A stretch of DNA of 64,000 bases from Escherichia coli (GCF_036507355.1 NZ_AP027877.1), one strand, 5' to 3'. Counted from the first letter of the stretch, positions 17,111-28,630 are shown. Program-made: numbers and translations. Notes: generated by a model not told the origin, from the sequence alone.

Positions 17111-18862
17111 ATGAAATTCTTACAGAATATCCCGCCTTACCTGTTTTTTACCGGTAAGGGAGGTGTAGGAAAAACTTCTATTTCCTGCGCGACGGCAATC
17201 CGCCTTGCTGAACAGGGTAAGCGGGTTTTGCTGGTCAGTACCGATCCGGCCTCCAATGTCGGCCAGGTATTCGATCAGGCTATCGGTAACACCATTCGCC
17301 CTGTGGCAGCAGTTCCTGAACTTTCCGCTCTGGAAATCGACCCGCAGGAAGCCGCCAAACAATATCGTTCCAGAATCGTTGCTCCTATCAAAGATCTTTT
17401 GCCTGATGACGTTGTTAACAGTATCAGCGAGCAGCTTTCAGGAGCCTGTACCACTGAGATTGCGGCGTTTGATGAGTTCACCGGCTTATTGACAGACGCT
17501 TCCCTGCTGACCCGCTTCGATCACATCATTTTTGATACAGCGCCGACGGGCCACACGATTCGCCTTCTCCAGCTTCCCGGTGCCTGGAGTAACTTCATTG
17601 AGAGTAACCCGGATGGTGCTTCCTGTCTTGGCCCAATGGCCGGACTGGAAAAGCAGCGTGAGCAGTATGCTCATGCGGTAGAGGCGTTATCCGATCCTGA
17701 ACGTACCCGCCTGGTTCTGGTTGCAAGACTGCAAAAATCCACGCTGCAGGAAGTCGCCCGCACCCATGAAGAACTCGCCGCAATTGGCCTGAAAAACCAG
17801 TACCTGGTGATTAATGGTGTGCTGCCTAAAGCCGAAGCTGAACATGACGCCCTGGCCGCTGCGATATGGCAACGTGAACAGGAGGCACTGGCAAATCTTC
17901 CTGCCGGTTTATCCGGGTTGCCGACAGATACCCTATTACTACAGCCAGTCAATATGGTTGGTGTTTCAGCATTGAAGGGACTGCTGGATACCCGTTCTGA
18001 GGCATTACCGCTCCCGGTAACGAACATCCAGTACACGCCTGAAAACATATCGCTCTCTGGCCTGGTCAATGATATCGCCCGCAGTGAACACGGCCTGATT
18101 ATGCTGATGGGCAAAGGTGGCGTGGGTAAAACCACGATGGCTGCTGCCATCGCCGTAAGGCTGGCGGATATGGGATTTGATGTCCATCTCACCACCTCAG
18201 ATCCCGCTGCACATCTCAGTACCACGCTGAACGGTAGCCTTAATAACCTGCAGGTCAGCAGGATTAATCCACACGAAGAAACCGAACGCTATCGCCAGCA
18301 TGTTCTTGAGACGAAGGGTAAAGATCTGGACGAAGCAGGGAAACGGCTACTGGAAGAGGATTTGCGCTCTCCCTGTACTGAAGAAATTGCCGTGTTTCAG
18401 GCCTTTTCCAGGGTGATTCGTGAAGCGGGTAAACGGTTTGTTGTCATAGATACCGCCCCTACCGGACACACGCTGTTGCTGCTGGATGCGACCGGGGCTT
18501 ACCACCGAGAGATTGCCAAAAAAATGGGGAGTAAAGGTCATTTTACTACCCCAATGATGCAGCTTCAGGATCCGGATAGAACCAAAGTTCTGCTTGTTAC
18601 GCTTCCTGAAACCACACCGGTTCTGGAAGTGGCAAACCTGCAGGCTGACCTTGAAAGAGCGGGGATTCATCCGTGGGGCTGGATTATCAATAACAGCCTT
18701 TCCATTGCGGATACGCGTTCTCCGTTGCTTTGCCAGCGCGCCCGGCAGGAACGGCCTCAGATTGAGGCTGTTAAGAATCAGCATGCTGAGCGTATAGCGC
18801 TTGTTCCGGTGCTGGCGTCAGAGCCCGCCGGTATTAAAAAGCTCAGAGAGTTGATGAGTTAA
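17111..18862 (+). CDS. arsA: arsenite-transporting ATPase ArsA
   Basis: ATG at 17111 after AGGAGG; two nucleotide-binding halves each with GKGGVGKT; about 583 aa. Confidence 0.92.
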   Translation: MKFLQNIPPYLFFTGKGGVGKTSISCATAIRLAEQGKRVLLVSTDPASNVGQVFDQAIGNTIRPVAAVPELSALEIDPQEAAKQYRSRIVAPIKDLLPDDVVNSISEQLSGACTTEIAAFDEFTGLLTDASLLTRFDHIIFDTAPTGHTIRLLQLPGAWSNFIESNPDGASCLGPMAGLEKQREQYAHAVEALSDPERTRLVLVARLQKSTLQEVARTHEELAAIGLKNQYLVINGVLPKAEAEHDALAAAIWQREQEALANLPAGLSGLPTDTLLLQPVNMVGVSALKGLLDTRSEALPLPVTNIQYTPENISLSGLVNDIARSEHGLIMLMGKGGVGKTTMAAAIAVRLADMGFDVHLTTSDPAAHLSTTLNGSLNNLQVSRINPHEETERYRQHVLETKGKDLDEAGKRLLEEDLRSPCTEEIAVFQAFSRVIREAGKRFVVIDTAPTGHTLLLLDATGAYHREIAKKMGSKGHFTTPMMQLQDPDRTKVLLVTLPETTPVLEVANLQADLERAGIHPWGWIINNSLSIADTRSPLLCQRARQERPQIEAVKNQHAERIALVPVLASEPAGIKKLRELMS

Positions 18863-18909
18863 TTTTTTGGCATATACAGGGCGGCAAAGTCGCCCTGTCA
18901 GGAGGTTTT

Positions 18910-20199
18910 ATGTTACTGGCAGGCGCTATTTTTGTCCTGACCATTGTTTTGGTTATCTGGCAACCAAAGGGATTAGGGATCGGCTGGAGTGCAATGCTGG
19001 GCGCGGGACTGGCTCTGATATCAGGCGTTGTGCATGTGGGCGATATTCCGGTGGTGTGGAATATCGTCTGGAACGCGACGGCGACCTTTATTGCCGTAAT
19101 TATTATCAGCCTGCTGCTTGATGAGTCCGGTTTTTTCGAATGGGCAGCGCTGCACGTTTCCCGCTGGGGTAACGGTCGTGGACGTTTGCTCTTTACGTAT
19201 ATCGTTCTGCTCGGTGCGGCGGTGGCGGCACTGTTTGCCAACGATGGTGCGGCACTTATTCTGACGCCGATAGTCATCGCCATGCTGCTGGCATTAGGGT
19301 TCAGCAAAGGCACCACGCTGGCATTCGTCATGGCTGCCGGTTTTATTGCCGATACGGCCAGCCTGCCGCTTATCGTGTCGAACCTGGTGAATATAGTCTC
19401 GGCGGACTTCTTTGGACTGGGCTTCACTGAGTATGCGTCGGTAATGGTGCCGGTGGATATTGCCGCTATTATCGCCACGCTGGTGATGCTGCATCTGTTC
19501 TTCCGCAAAGATATTCCACCGACTTACGACCTGGCTCTCCTGAAAGCACCGGCAAAGGCGATTAAAGATCTGGCAACCTTCAGAACCGGCTGGATAGTTT
19601 TAATTCTTCTGCTGGTTGGGTTCTTTGTCCTCGAGCCGCTCGGTATTCCCGTTAGCGCGATTGCGGCTGTTGGAGCTGTGATCCTGTTTGCTGTAGCTAA
19701 ACGAGGCCATGCCATTAACACCGGCAAAGTGCTGCGCGGTGCGCCATGGCAGATCGTCATCTTCTCATTGGGGATGTACCTGGTGGTCTACGGTCTGCGC
19801 AACGCCGGGCTAACCGAATACCTTTCAGGTGTGCTGAACGTACTGGCGTATAAAGGACTCTGGGCCGCAACGCTGGGTACTGGTTTCCTGACGGCTTTCC
19901 TCTCTTCCATCATGAACAACATGCCTACCGTGCTGGTTGGCGCTCTCTCGATCGATGGAAGCACCGCATCCGGCGTTATTAAAGAGGCGATGATCTACGC
20001 CAACGTGATTGGCTGCGATCTGGGGCCGAAAATTACACCTATTGGTAGCCTGGCAACGCTGCTCTGGCTGCATGTACTTTCACAGAAGAATATGACCATC
20101 ACCTGGGGATACTATTTCCGCACCGGGATCGTCATGACTCTGCCTGTGCTGTTTGTAACGCTGGCCGCGCTGGCGCTACGTCTCTCTTTCACTTTGTAA
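18910..20199 (+). CDS. arsB: arsenite efflux pump ArsB
   Basis: 429-aa polytopic membrane protein, ArsB family. Confidence 0.92.
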   Translation: MLLAGAIFVLTIVLVIWQPKGLGIGWSAMLGAGLALISGVVHVGDIPVVWNIVWNATATFIAVIIISLLLDESGFFEWAALHVSRWGNGRGRLLFTYIVLLGAAVAALFANDGAALILTPIVIAMLLALGFSKGTTLAFVMAAGFIADTASLPLIVSNLVNIVSADFFGLGFTEYASVMVPVDIAAIIATLVMLHLFFRKDIPPTYDLALLKAPAKAIKDLATFRTGWIVLILLLVGFFVLEPLGIPVSAIAAVGAVILFAVAKRGHAINTGKVLRGAPWQIVIFSLGMYLVVYGLRNAGLTEYLSGVLNVLAYKGLWAATLGTGFLTAFLSSIMNNMPTVLVGALSIDGSTASGVIKEAMIYANVIGCDLGPKITPIGSLATLLWLHVLSQKNMTITWGYYFRTGIVMTLPVLFVTLAALALRLSFTL

Positions 20200-20211
20200 T
20201 GAGATACTGAT

Positions 20212-20637
20212 ATGAGCAACATCACCATTTATCACAACCCGGCCTGCGGCACGTCGCGTAATACGCTGGAGATGATCCGCAACAGTGGTACTGAACCGAC
20301 CGTAATTCTTTACCTTGAGACTCCACCGTCTCGCGATGAGCTGGTCAAACTCATTGCAGATATGGGCATTTCAGTCCGGGCTTTGCTGCGCAAAAACGTC
20401 GAGCCTTATGAAGAACTGGGGCTTGCAGAAGATAAGTTTACTGACGATCAGTTAATCGGCTATATGCTGCAGCATCCGATCCTGATTAACCGCCCGATTG
20501 TGGTGACACCGTTGGGAACGCGCCTGTGCCGTCCTTCCGAAGTGGTACTGGATATTCTTCCGGATGCGCAAAAAGGCGCATTTGCAAAGGAAGACGGCGA
20601 GAAAGTCGTTGATGAAACAGGTAAACGATTGAAATAA
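20212..20637 (+). CDS. arsC: arsenate reductase (glutaredoxin-coupled) ArsC
   Basis: 141-aa ORF MSNITIYHNPACGTSRNTLEMIR with catalytic Cys12. Confidence 0.92.
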   Translation: MSNITIYHNPACGTSRNTLEMIRNSGTEPTVILYLETPPSRDELVKLIADMGISVRALLRKNVEPYEELGLAEDKFTDDQLIGYMLQHPILINRPIVVTPLGTRLCRPSEVVLDILPDAQKGAFAKEDGEKVVDETGKRLK

Positions 20638-20643
20638 ATATAA

Positions 20644-20661
20644 AGGGGGCTGATGCCCCCT
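20644..20661. terminator. hairpin between convergent arsC and acetyltransferase genes
   Basis: AGGGGGC-TGAT-GCCCCCT stem-loop. Confidence 0.5.
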
Positions 20662-20671
20662 TATTCCTGCC

Positions 20672-21208
20672 TCAGAGCATACGATCTGAATCTTCTGGCA
20701 GAGTACTATTCCCTTCACCAAGTTTCATTTGCAGCAAAACCGTGTCAAGCCAGCGGCCATGCTTGAAACCAATGTCCTTTAATGTACCTATTTCAGTAAA
20801 TCCTGCGCGGATATGAAGCGCTACAGAAGCGACGTTAGCGCTGTCACCCACAACAGCAATCATCTGGCGATAGCCTTCGGACTCGGCCCATTTTAATGCA
20901 TGATCGAGCAGTGCTTTTCCGACGCCCTGTCGCTGATAAGCCGAATCAATATATATCGAATTTTCGACCGTATACCGATAGGCATGGCGTTCGCGGTAAC
21001 GGGAAATATAACAGTAGCCGATGACCGTATCGCCATGCAGAGCGACATACCATGGGAATCCTCGAGACTGAATGCTCCTCAGTCGGTTAAGCATTTCCTG
21101 CGTATCCGGAGGTTCGGTTTCGAAGCTACCTGTACCATGCAGAACATGGTGAGCATAGATATTGCGTATCGCGGTAATGTGCTGTTCTTCAGCATTAATA
21201 ATGTGCAT
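20672..21208 (-). CDS. GNAT N-acetyltransferase, phosphinothricin/arsinothricin acetyltransferase-like (ArsN-like)
   Basis: 178-aa ORF with GNAT acetyl-CoA motif QRQGVGKALL; PAT/Bar-like; located in an ars cluster, where ArsN1-type enzymes occur. Confidence 0.6.
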   Translation of the reverse strand: MHIINAEEQHITAIRNIYAHHVLHGTGSFETEPPDTQEMLNRLRSIQSRGFPWYVALHGDTVIGYCYISRYRERHAYRYTVENSIYIDSAYQRQGVGKALLDHALKWAESEGYRQMIAVVGDSANVASVALHIRAGFTEIGTLKDIGFKHGRWLDTVLLQMKLGEGNSTLPEDSDRML

Positions 21209-21332
21209 CGTGTTACTCCAGTAATGGTGTTTTACAAACTACCGGAATTCGCGACAGCAGGTTAAGTACTTAAACTTATAACCTGTATAAGCAAAAGTTT
21301 GGCTGCAGTAAATGGGGCCGTAGCCCCATCTA

Positions 21333-22034
21333 TTAGCCTGCCATTTTTGCCAGCAGAGCCGCACCCACTGGTTCTTCGTTCTGCAGTGGCGTTAATGCAA
21401 TACGCTTTGCAAACTGCTCTGCAACGTCATTTATCAGCGGCAGTTCGCGACTGGCTCGGGTTACCAGGAACGGTGAGGACGGTTTCGCAGCAGCCAGACT
21501 GCTATTGATTACCCATGCCCATGGTTCAATTTCAGCCCGACGCAAATCCTGTTGCAGGTTTGCCGCTTCCAGCACCGGTGTCGTTTCGGCAAGCGTCACG
21601 ATAATCACCTTCGTCTTCTCCGGGTCATCGGCCAGAGACTGCTGGGGACGCCGGTTAAGGTCGGATTCTTCAATCAACCACCGCTCATCTTCAGGTAATG
21701 CCTGCAATGTTTCAGGCAGGCAAATATCCAGCGTTGAGATTGCATCAGTGGATGGATCAGTTAATGGGGCATCATCTTCCAGATCAACGAATTCCCTGGT
21801 GGTGCGGTACTCATCAATCAGCAGATTCCTCGCCGCCCGATACAGCCAGGCTCGCGGATTCTCCATTTCGCAGAAACTGTCTGAATGAGCGCGGGCACGC
21901 AGGAATAGCTCTTGTAGAAGGTCTGCTGCTTTTTCGCTATCACCTGTCTTCTATGTCAGAAAGCGAGAGAGTTCGGCTTCATGTTGCTGCCAGAACACGC
22001 TCATGCAGTTGTTGAATGCCGTTACATCACTCAT
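21333..22034 (-). pseudogene. degenerate ECF sigma factor-like gene with in-frame amber stop, fused to a 3' fragment of arsA
   Basis: Minus-strand frame from ATG 22034 reads MSDVTAFNNCMSVFWQQHEAELSRFLT-stop (TAG = plus 21951-21953), then ...ENPRAWLYRAARNLLIDEYR (ECF region 2-like), ending in KVIIVTLAETTPVLEAANLQQDLRRAEIEPWAWVINSSL, which parallels the ArsA C-terminus. Confidence 0.6.
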
Positions 22035-22042
22035 ACCAGCCC

Positions 22043-22586
22043 TCAAATTTTGCTCTGATTAACCCGCCGTGAAAGTTCTTCTGCAGATTCTTTTCGTTCG
22101 CTGTAGCGATCAACGAGATAGGCTGAGTTACCTCGGGTCAGCAGAGTAAATTTCACCAGTTCTTCCATCACATCCACGATTCGGTCGTAATAAGACGACG
22201 GTTTCATTCGTCCATCTTCATCAAATTCCTGCCAGGCTTTTGCCACAGAGGACTGATTCGGGATGGTGATCATCCGCATCCAGCGGCCAAGAATTCGCAT
22301 CTGGTTTACGGCATTGAAAGACTGAGAGCCACCGCAGACCTGCATAACGGCCAGTGTCTTACCCTGCGAAGGGCGAACAGCGCCTTCTGATAACGGTATC
22401 CAATCAATCTGGGCTTTCATGATGCCGGTCATCGCACCATGGCGTTCAGGGGAACACCACACCATCCCTTCGGACCAACGAACCAGCTCGCGCAGTTCCA
22501 TGACTTTAGGATGTGAGTCAGGCGCATCATCAGGAAGAGGCAAGCCTGAGGGATTGAAGATCCGAACCTCTTCGCCCATGGCTGCA
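22043..22586 (-). pseudogene. arsH: arsH (NADPH-dependent FMN reductase), 5'-truncated by IS insertion
   Basis: ArsH-like sequence from [17 protein letters not shown] onward; the first ~42 codons of the track ORF (22587-22714) lie inside the IS element. Confidence 0.7.
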
Positions 22587-22604
22587 TGAATCGCCACGGA
22601 TAAT

Positions 22605-23417
22605 CTAGACACTTCCGAGCCGTTGATAATACTGGTTTTCATATTCTGTCGGTGACATCTGATCGCTGGAACCATGCCGACGCTTACTGTTATAAAACAT
22701 TTCGATGTAATCAAAAATATCGCTGCGGGCTTCTTCCCGCGTTCCGTAGATCTTTTTCTTTATCCGTTCGCGTTTCAACAACTGGAAAAAGCTTTCTGCA
22801 ACCGCATTATCATGGCAGTTACCGCGACGGCTCATGCTGCCCTCCAGGCCGTGTGATTTCAGGAACGACTGCCACTCATGGCTTGTGTACTGACTGCCCT
22901 GATCCGAATGAACCAGCACCTGTTTTTGGGGATTACGGCGCCATACAGCCATCAGCAGTGCGTTCAGGACAATGTCCTTTGTCATCCGGGATTGCATGGA
23001 CCAGCCGATAATTTTGCGTGAGAACAGATCAACAACCACGGCAAGATACAGCCAGCCTTCGTGGGTCCTGATGTAGGTTATGTCCGTTACCCAACGCTTA
23101 TCCGGAGCATCCGGATTGAACTGTCGCTGGAGCCTGTTGGGCGACACGATACTGGCCTCGCCTTTACGTGCCCGCGGGCTCCGGTATCCGACCTGAGCCT
23201 TTATCCCGACACGTTTCATCAGTCGCCAGACTCTGTTCACTCCGCACTGTTGCCCGCTGTCCCGCAGATCCAGATGGATTTTGCGATAACCATAGACGCA
23301 TCCCGATTCCAGCCAGAACTGTTTAATCTGCCCTGTCAGCCTCAGGTCTGCCTGATGGCGTTGTGAATGCGGCTGCTGAAGCCAGGCGTAAAAACCACTG
23401 GGATGAACATCCAGCAC
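22605..23417 (-). CDS. IS3-family transposase OrfB (DDE integrase domain)
   Basis: DDE catalytic region (WVTDITY...[10 protein letters not shown]...[11 protein letters not shown]); the true frame probably extends upstream to overlap orfA for -1 frameshift fusion. Confidence 0.85.
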   Translation of the reverse strand: MLDVHPSGFYAWLQQPHSQRHQADLRLTGQIKQFWLESGCVYGYRKIHLDLRDSGQQCGVNRVWRLMKRVGIKAQVGYRSPRARKGEASIVSPNRLQRQFNPDAPDKRWVTDITYIRTHEGWLYLAVVVDLFSRKIIGWSMQSRMTKDIVLNALLMAVWRRNPQKQVLVHSDQGSQYTSHEWQSFLKSHGLEGSMSRRGNCHDNAVAESFFQLLKRERIKKKIYGTREEARSDIFDYIEMFYNSKRRHGSSDQMSPTEYENQYYQRLGSV

Positions 23418-23473
23418 CCGACAGAGCAGGCGAACAGGCCAGCAACAGGTGTTGTCACGGATAAAGGCGTACC

Positions 23474-23758
23474 TCAGTCGGACAGCTTTGCGAAGTACGC
23501 CGCGGCTTTTTTTAATATGTCCCGTTCGTCGGTAACCCGCTTCAGCTCTTTCTGGAGACGGCGGATCTCGGCCTGAGCATCTGACTGTTCTTTATTAGCG
23601 GAAGAATCCGGACCGTACTTCTTTATCCAGGCGTAAAGGCTGTGGGTGGTGATATCGAGACGTGTTGCAACGCTGGCAACAGAATAACCGCGATCAACAA
23701 CCTGTTTGACTGCTTCAATTTTAAACTCTTCGGGATAACGCTTACCGCTCATGGGCAC
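23474..23758 (-). CDS. IS3-family transposase OrfA (HTH)
   Basis: 94-aa ORF with HTH and leucine-zipper-like C-terminus (RRLQKELKRVTDERDILKKAAAYFA). Confidence 0.85.
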   Translation of the reverse strand: MPMSGKRYPEEFKIEAVKQVVDRGYSVASVATRLDITTHSLYAWIKKYGPDSSANKEQSDAQAEIRRLQKELKRVTDERDILKKAAAYFAKLSD

Positions 23759-23812
23759 CTCTCTTTAAGCCATCTTAAATGACTCTGAGGTGTCTGTTAA
23801 ACCCGTGGCGAT

Positions 23813-24790
23813 TCACTCTAATGCTTTTTGAGCAGCAAGTTCAAGTTCACTTTTTCCATGAAGTGCCAAAGACATATGGCATTCCGCTAGAAGGCAATAA
23901 CATTCTGTTTTTAGCGTCTGTATATCACTTTTATTTTGTAATCCATCAAATATAGTCATGGCCCTGTAAATGCTTTCAGGGGTGAACTCGTAAAGTTCTT
24001 TCTTTCCGGCTAACATTTCATCTGATAAATAATGATTCTTATATCCTTGGTCCTGCTTAGCTAATCTTACAGATCGTTCTGGTTTATGTACCGTTTGAAG
24101 GATATTATCTATAATAAATTGTGATGTATTATGTAGTTCATCAACAGGGAGATGATTACTGGCGATGAGGAAAAGGTTTTTAGCGTCGATCAACTCAATG
24201 TATAAAGTGTTCACTGCATTATTCTGGTTTATTCTTCCTGTAACGAAATAATCTGGCTTGAATCTGCTCAAGAATGAATTTTGAGATATGTGGTCATTAC
24301 AAAAATTTGTCGCAGCCATCGGATAGGTATAGAGACCATCGATTTTTTTATTTGAAATGATTTGTACTAATTCCTGATTAAGTATTAATGGATCCAGTGT
24401 ATTCAATGAAGTGGTGAAAGGGAATATAGCTATGGAATAGTCTGAAGTATTATCTTCATTAATTTTAGTTTTGAAAACCTGCCCGCTGAAACGATAACCT
24501 TTCCGGTAGATTGTTTCTATGCAGCGATCATAGCCAATTTTTTCAAAAATGCAGCGCAAAGAATAGATACATCTTGTCAGGGACTCGTCACTAACAATAA
24601 TATTTTTCCATACTGATTCGATGATCATATCTTTCAGTACAACATGACCAGCGGATTCAAGTAATACTATTAATACACCTAACTCTTTCGGTGGAATATA
24701 AACTTGCTCATTTCCTTGAGTAAGAATTCCATCTTCCGTGAGCGTTAATCCCTCAAGAAAATGATATGAGAATTTATTTTCTAAGTCCAT
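23813..24790 (-). pseudogene. ygeH: ygeH-like HilA/ToxR-type regulator (ETT2), 3'-truncated by the IS3-family element
   Basis: 325 aa with N-terminal winged-helix region; the reading frame stops on the TGA that is the first triplet of the IS terminus; K-12 YgeH is about 458 aa (recall). Confidence 0.65.
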
Positions 24791-25123
24791 TAGTTAACCT
24801 CTATGAAAAAATTGGTTTCTTGCATCCTGCATAAGCAATAGAAATTATGGCTATTCATATTTATATGTCATTAACGCTACAGGAGTTTACATTCGACATA
24901 TCTATGGTTGTGTTCACTAATTTATCTTAGGAATTCAGTGATGTAATCTGAAATAGCCTTATTCAATTTTGATAAAGTAAAATGCTCTCTAAAGCATTGA
25001 AAAATAATGATTTATTGTATGCTCTTAACTGTTTTAAGATGCTGATTTAAGAAAAGATAAGAGGTGCTGGTTATAGTGGTTAATGCACTATAACCAGCAA
25101 TTTTAACCAAATGATTGTAATGC

Positions 25124-25615
25124 TTAGTTATTATCTTCTGAATTATCGGTTAAGAGTTCGACATATGCCTGCGCTTTACTCTTAACACTATCATCCTCAC
25201 AATTGTTAATAATATGAAAGAAACATTGCATTGCGTTATCGATATTTTTAGCCCCAATTTGACATTGACCCATACGATAAATAACTGAATAGTCATCATA
25301 TGGCGAGTAATTATAACTTAGCTTGTAAAGGTCATATGCTTGTTGATATTTCTTTTTTGACTGACATACTGATGCAAAACCTTTTAGATATTCATGATTT
25401 TCGAACGCATAAATGCACAATAATTTATAATAAATTTCTGCCTCCGTTATATTACCCTTTTCATGGTAGTCGAATGCATATGCATATATTCTATCAAGGA
25501 TATCAGGAGTCAAACCATGTAGTAATGCCAGATTTTCTCCTTTCGATAATGCGTGTTTTAGTTGATTTGCCCATTCATCACTATTATTGAATATTTCAAT
25601 TGTTTCTGTGTCCAT
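25124..25615 (-). CDS. ygeG: TPR-containing type III secretion chaperone-like protein YgeG
   Basis: 163-aa acidic TPR protein, SicA/class II chaperone-like; ETT2 position. Confidence 0.7.
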   Translation of the reverse strand: MDTETIEIFNNSDEWANQLKHALSKGENLALLHGLTPDILDRIYAYAFDYHEKGNITEAEIYYKLLCIYAFENHEYLKGFASVCQSKKKYQQAYDLYKLSYNYSPYDDYSVIYRMGQCQIGAKNIDNAMQCFFHIINNCEDDSVKSKAQAYVELLTDNSEDNN

Positions 25616-25861
25616 AATATTCCTCTGTGATGTGTCTCGTGATGCTAAATTATTATTGATTGACTCATTAATATTTCTACATTTATCTTTTTTAAATTAT
25701 GAGTTTTAAGCTTGCATTGCTTATGAGTATATTTCTTCATTATTAGTAAAATTACTGTCCACTACAAACTAATTACATTATTAGTTATTTTGATAATATT
25801 CACCTTATTAGTAATCTTAATTACGACATTCCATAAATGCCTTAATGTGCATGACCATGAT

Positions 25862-26266
25862 TCATATTATCAATTTCCATTTTTCGATCAAAATTAAAAA
25901 GGGGATTTTTGCGAAGGGGCGAATGTCGTTTGTTTTTTTTTCTTTATTATGTCTGGTGATGAGGGGGGATAGAACGTCGGTGCATATAGTAGAGAATTTA
26001 TCCAGGTCTAAATTATTCTCTATTTTGGTCAGTTTTATGAGTTCATTTGTAGCCATACTCATTAAATCATCTGTTATCGGAAATTTATATATGCTCATAG
26101 CAGATAATATTGCTTGCTGAATTATTTCTTCAGAAAAATCCGCTATCTTTATTGACAAATCATGTATTTGATATTTTCCTCCAAGAGATTCTTGTTCAAT
26201 ATAATTTAAACCAGACCTCATAGTAATTTTAACTGGATTAACGAATTTTTCTTCATTTTTCTTCAT
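25862..26266 (-). CDS. ETT2-associated hypothetical protein (ygeF-like)
   Basis: 134-aa AT-rich ORF in the ygeF position relative to ygeG; no motif support. Confidence 0.35.
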   Translation of the reverse strand: MKKNEEKFVNPVKITMRSGLNYIEQESLGGKYQIHDLSIKIADFSEEIIQQAILSAMSIYKFPITDDLMSMATNELIKLTKIENNLDLDKFSTICTDVLSPLITRHNKEKKTNDIRPFAKIPFLILIEKWKLII

Positions 26267-26759
26267 TTTTCTTATTTTTGTTCTCCTGATCAGGAACTAA
26301 TGGTTGCAGTGGTAGGCTATTATTAATATTTCGTGGCTTCATTTTACATTTCTCTCATTTGATTAGAGCAAAATCCGAACTCGCAGCTTCTGATAATGTC
26401 AAATATCACCTTTTCTCATACTTTATTCTATCAAAAATCGCTCATTTTTACTTTTTTTACCATAATGTTACTTTGTAGCATCGGCAATTTACATAACTTA
26501 CACGTTGTTTTTTATATCCTGAAAAAACAGATAGATAGTGTGCGCACTCGAAATGATATTGGTAACATAAATAGCTTTATTCGTGATAAACATCTCAAAA
26601 GATTTCCTTTATTATATTCGAAATTCATTTGATCAAGGTTATCACCTTATGGAGACGTTACGTAGAATGACTATATTTGTTATCGGCACATTAGGGGTAT
26701 TAATTTTAGTATTGATGGAAGGTGATTATTGAACAGTAACATCGAGTCACGGTAAAAAT

Positions 26760-27197
26760 GTGAGGTATATAATGGATATTGAGTTTTCGCAGATTCATGA
26801 AATGGTCTATATGCATGATATTGTAAATTCGGACTCGAAAAAGAAACCAAGGATTCCGTTAAAAAAATTCCTTAATGCTGAGAAGGTTCTCACGCAAACA
26901 ACATCATGGGCATTAAATTCAAGATATGTGAATGTTAATTCTGTTAATAATGCCAACGTAAAGAGTAAAGTTAAAAACAGTTATATCTCACGATCTGTCA
27001 ATGATGAGTTTAGTTTAACAGATGATGAAATCAATTCTTTTAAAGAAACGTTAGTCCTTTCCTCTATTGATTCACTGAGTAAACTGGTTCTTAATAATCC
27101 TCTTTCTGTATTGTTTACTTCGACTGTACGAAGGAATAATAATCGAGCTAAGATGAATGTAGAGTTCGACTCATGGATTTGCACCAGATGTTGTTGA
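26760..27197 (+). CDS. yqeK: hypothetical protein YqeK-like
   Basis: 145-aa ORF; size, orientation and position match K-12 yqeK. Confidence 0.45.
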   Translation: MRYIMDIEFSQIHEMVYMHDIVNSDSKKKPRIPLKKFLNAEKVLTQTTSWALNSRYVNVNSVNNANVKSKVKNSYISRSVNDEFSLTDDEINSFKETLVLSSIDSLSKLVLNNPLSVLFTSTVRRNNNRAKMNVEFDSWICTRCC

Positions 27198-27345
27198 TAC
27201 ATGATATTTTACATTGCAAGGGGATGTCTGAAATGAAAGATGTTGATCAAAACTTTGATGCTTTAGACTGCCATATACTGCAAGCATATTTAATTTTATT
27301 GTTTTATGATTAACGAGGTTCCATCTTTTTGTTATCTATTTTAGT

Positions 27346-27840
27346 TTACCTTGCACAATGCATTATTGCTCTGTTACCAATACTCAAAATAAAAGCATGC
27401 TTACCTTGCTTTAGTATATTATAGCTTACACTTTTTTCTGGAAAGACATAAAAATCAGGAATAAGTTCTGCAAGTCTATCATCATCGACTTGATCCATAA
27501 TCTCAAACTTATTAACTTTCTTTGATGTTAAATGGGCTGTGTCATAGTTTTCAACCCATGTGTATTCAATATTTCGCCGTATTGATTTACTTTCTCTGTT
27601 ACCTTGTTGCCAGGTTCCACTCAACGCAACAGTTCCTGTTTTATTTTTTTGGTTATACATAAAGTCGATAGTAAGATTTGCTCGCCCCTGGTCATTAAAA
27701 ATTACCCAATTTGCAGTGCATGTCTCATTATATATCATTTTTTCTGCAGTGTAAGAATAGACAGTGAAGAGAATAAACCCACTGATAAAAACTAAAATAA
27801 ATAATAAGTTTTTTTTATAATCAATCACGATTAACCTCAC
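27346..27840 (-). CDS. yqeJ: hypothetical membrane-anchored protein YqeJ
   Basis: 164-aa ORF with N-terminal TM helix; overlaps the end of yqeI, suggesting an operon. Confidence 0.55.
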   Translation of the reverse strand: MRLIVIDYKKNLLFILVFISGFILFTVYSYTAEKMIYNETCTANWVIFNDQGRANLTIDFMYNQKNKTGTVALSGTWQQGNRESKSIRRNIEYTWVENYDTAHLTSKKVNKFEIMDQVDDDRLAELIPDFYVFPEKSVSYNILKQGKHAFILSIGNRAIMHCAR

Positions 27841-28630
27841 GGTAAGACAGGGTTAAACAGCCTGCCACTTCATGTTGGTTATAGTTTTTATTGCATGCCA
27901 TAACAATCATCCCCGGTGAGGATTTTGCAAGAGGGAAGTATAACCACGGATATTTTTTACAGTTAATCCCCGAATCCAATATCCGTGTTTTATATTTATC
28001 GAACTCTTTCAACCCATCAATTGTATCTTCTGTTACATTAAAATGGCAGCCATTAATTTCCGCAACAATCTTGTAATCCTTGAAAAATGGCTTCGGTTGA
28101 TTATTATTCCATAGCCAATATGCAAAATATGCGCCTATGACAAATGCGCTCAACATAATTAGATGACTTTTTATATGTTTGAGGATTTTGTTATTGAAAT
28201 TCTTTGCGCCACCAATGCTCTCTTTGTATCCCGCATTAACTTTTATGGCCGGTGGGGTATTGTGTGTATGTGCGTCTGTTGACGAGTTTATTACATGATT
28301 TTGTATGTTAATGTCATTATGGATCTTGAATCCTCTTCTCGGCACGGTTGCAATAAGTGAGTGGGTAGTATCACCAACAGCGCGAAATCCGCGTCTGATA
28401 ATGGATATGTTCTGATATAACGTGTTAGTTGGCACACGCATACCTTCTTCTTCCCAGACTCTGGTGAAAAAATCTTGTTGTGCAACCACATCAGGAAAAG
28501 CTTCAAGTAGAAGGGATAAACAACGACTGGCTGGCGTTGTCAGAACGACGTTAAGATCGGCGTTATGTACCGATATTAATTTTCGGTGCTCAGGCCAGAA
28601 CTCGATATTATCGTTAATAATCCAGTACAT
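27821..28630 (-). CDS. yqeI: ToxR-like winged-helix transcriptional regulator YqeI
   Basis: 269 aa; N-terminal OmpR/ToxR-type DNA-binding region followed by a TM segment (LIMLSAFVIGAYFAYWLW). Confidence 0.65.
   Translation of the reverse strand: MYWIINDNIEFWPEHRKLISVHNADLNVVLTTPASRCLSLLLEAFPDVVAQQDFFTRVWEEEGMRVPTNTLYQNISIIRRGFRAVGDTTHSLIATVPRRGFKIHNDINIQNHVINSSTDAHTHNTPPAIKVNAGYKESIGGAKNFNNKILKHIKSHLIMLSAFVIGAYFAYWLWNNNQPKPFFKDYKIVAEINGCHFNVTEDTIDGLKEFDKYKTRILDSGINCKKYPWLYFPLAKSSPGMIVMACNKNYNQHEVAGCLTLSYREVNRD

Larger units (their letters stand above)
22587..23815 (-). mobile_element. IS3-family insertion sequence (about 1.23 kb)
   Basis: Terminal inverted repeats TGAATCGCCACGG at 22587-22599 and its reverse complement at 23802-23815; orfA/orfB arrangement; flanks differ, so no target-site duplication. 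Confidence 0.85.

Noticed and set aside
17671-18225. 184-aa and other minus-strand ORFs inside arsA and arsB (for example 18843-19508)
   Set aside because: Antisense shadow ORFs within genes that have clear Ars homology
26251-26290. TTCTTCATTTT direct repeat upstream of the ygeF-like ORF
   Set aside because: Short low-complexity duplication in AT-rich DNA; no evidence of function
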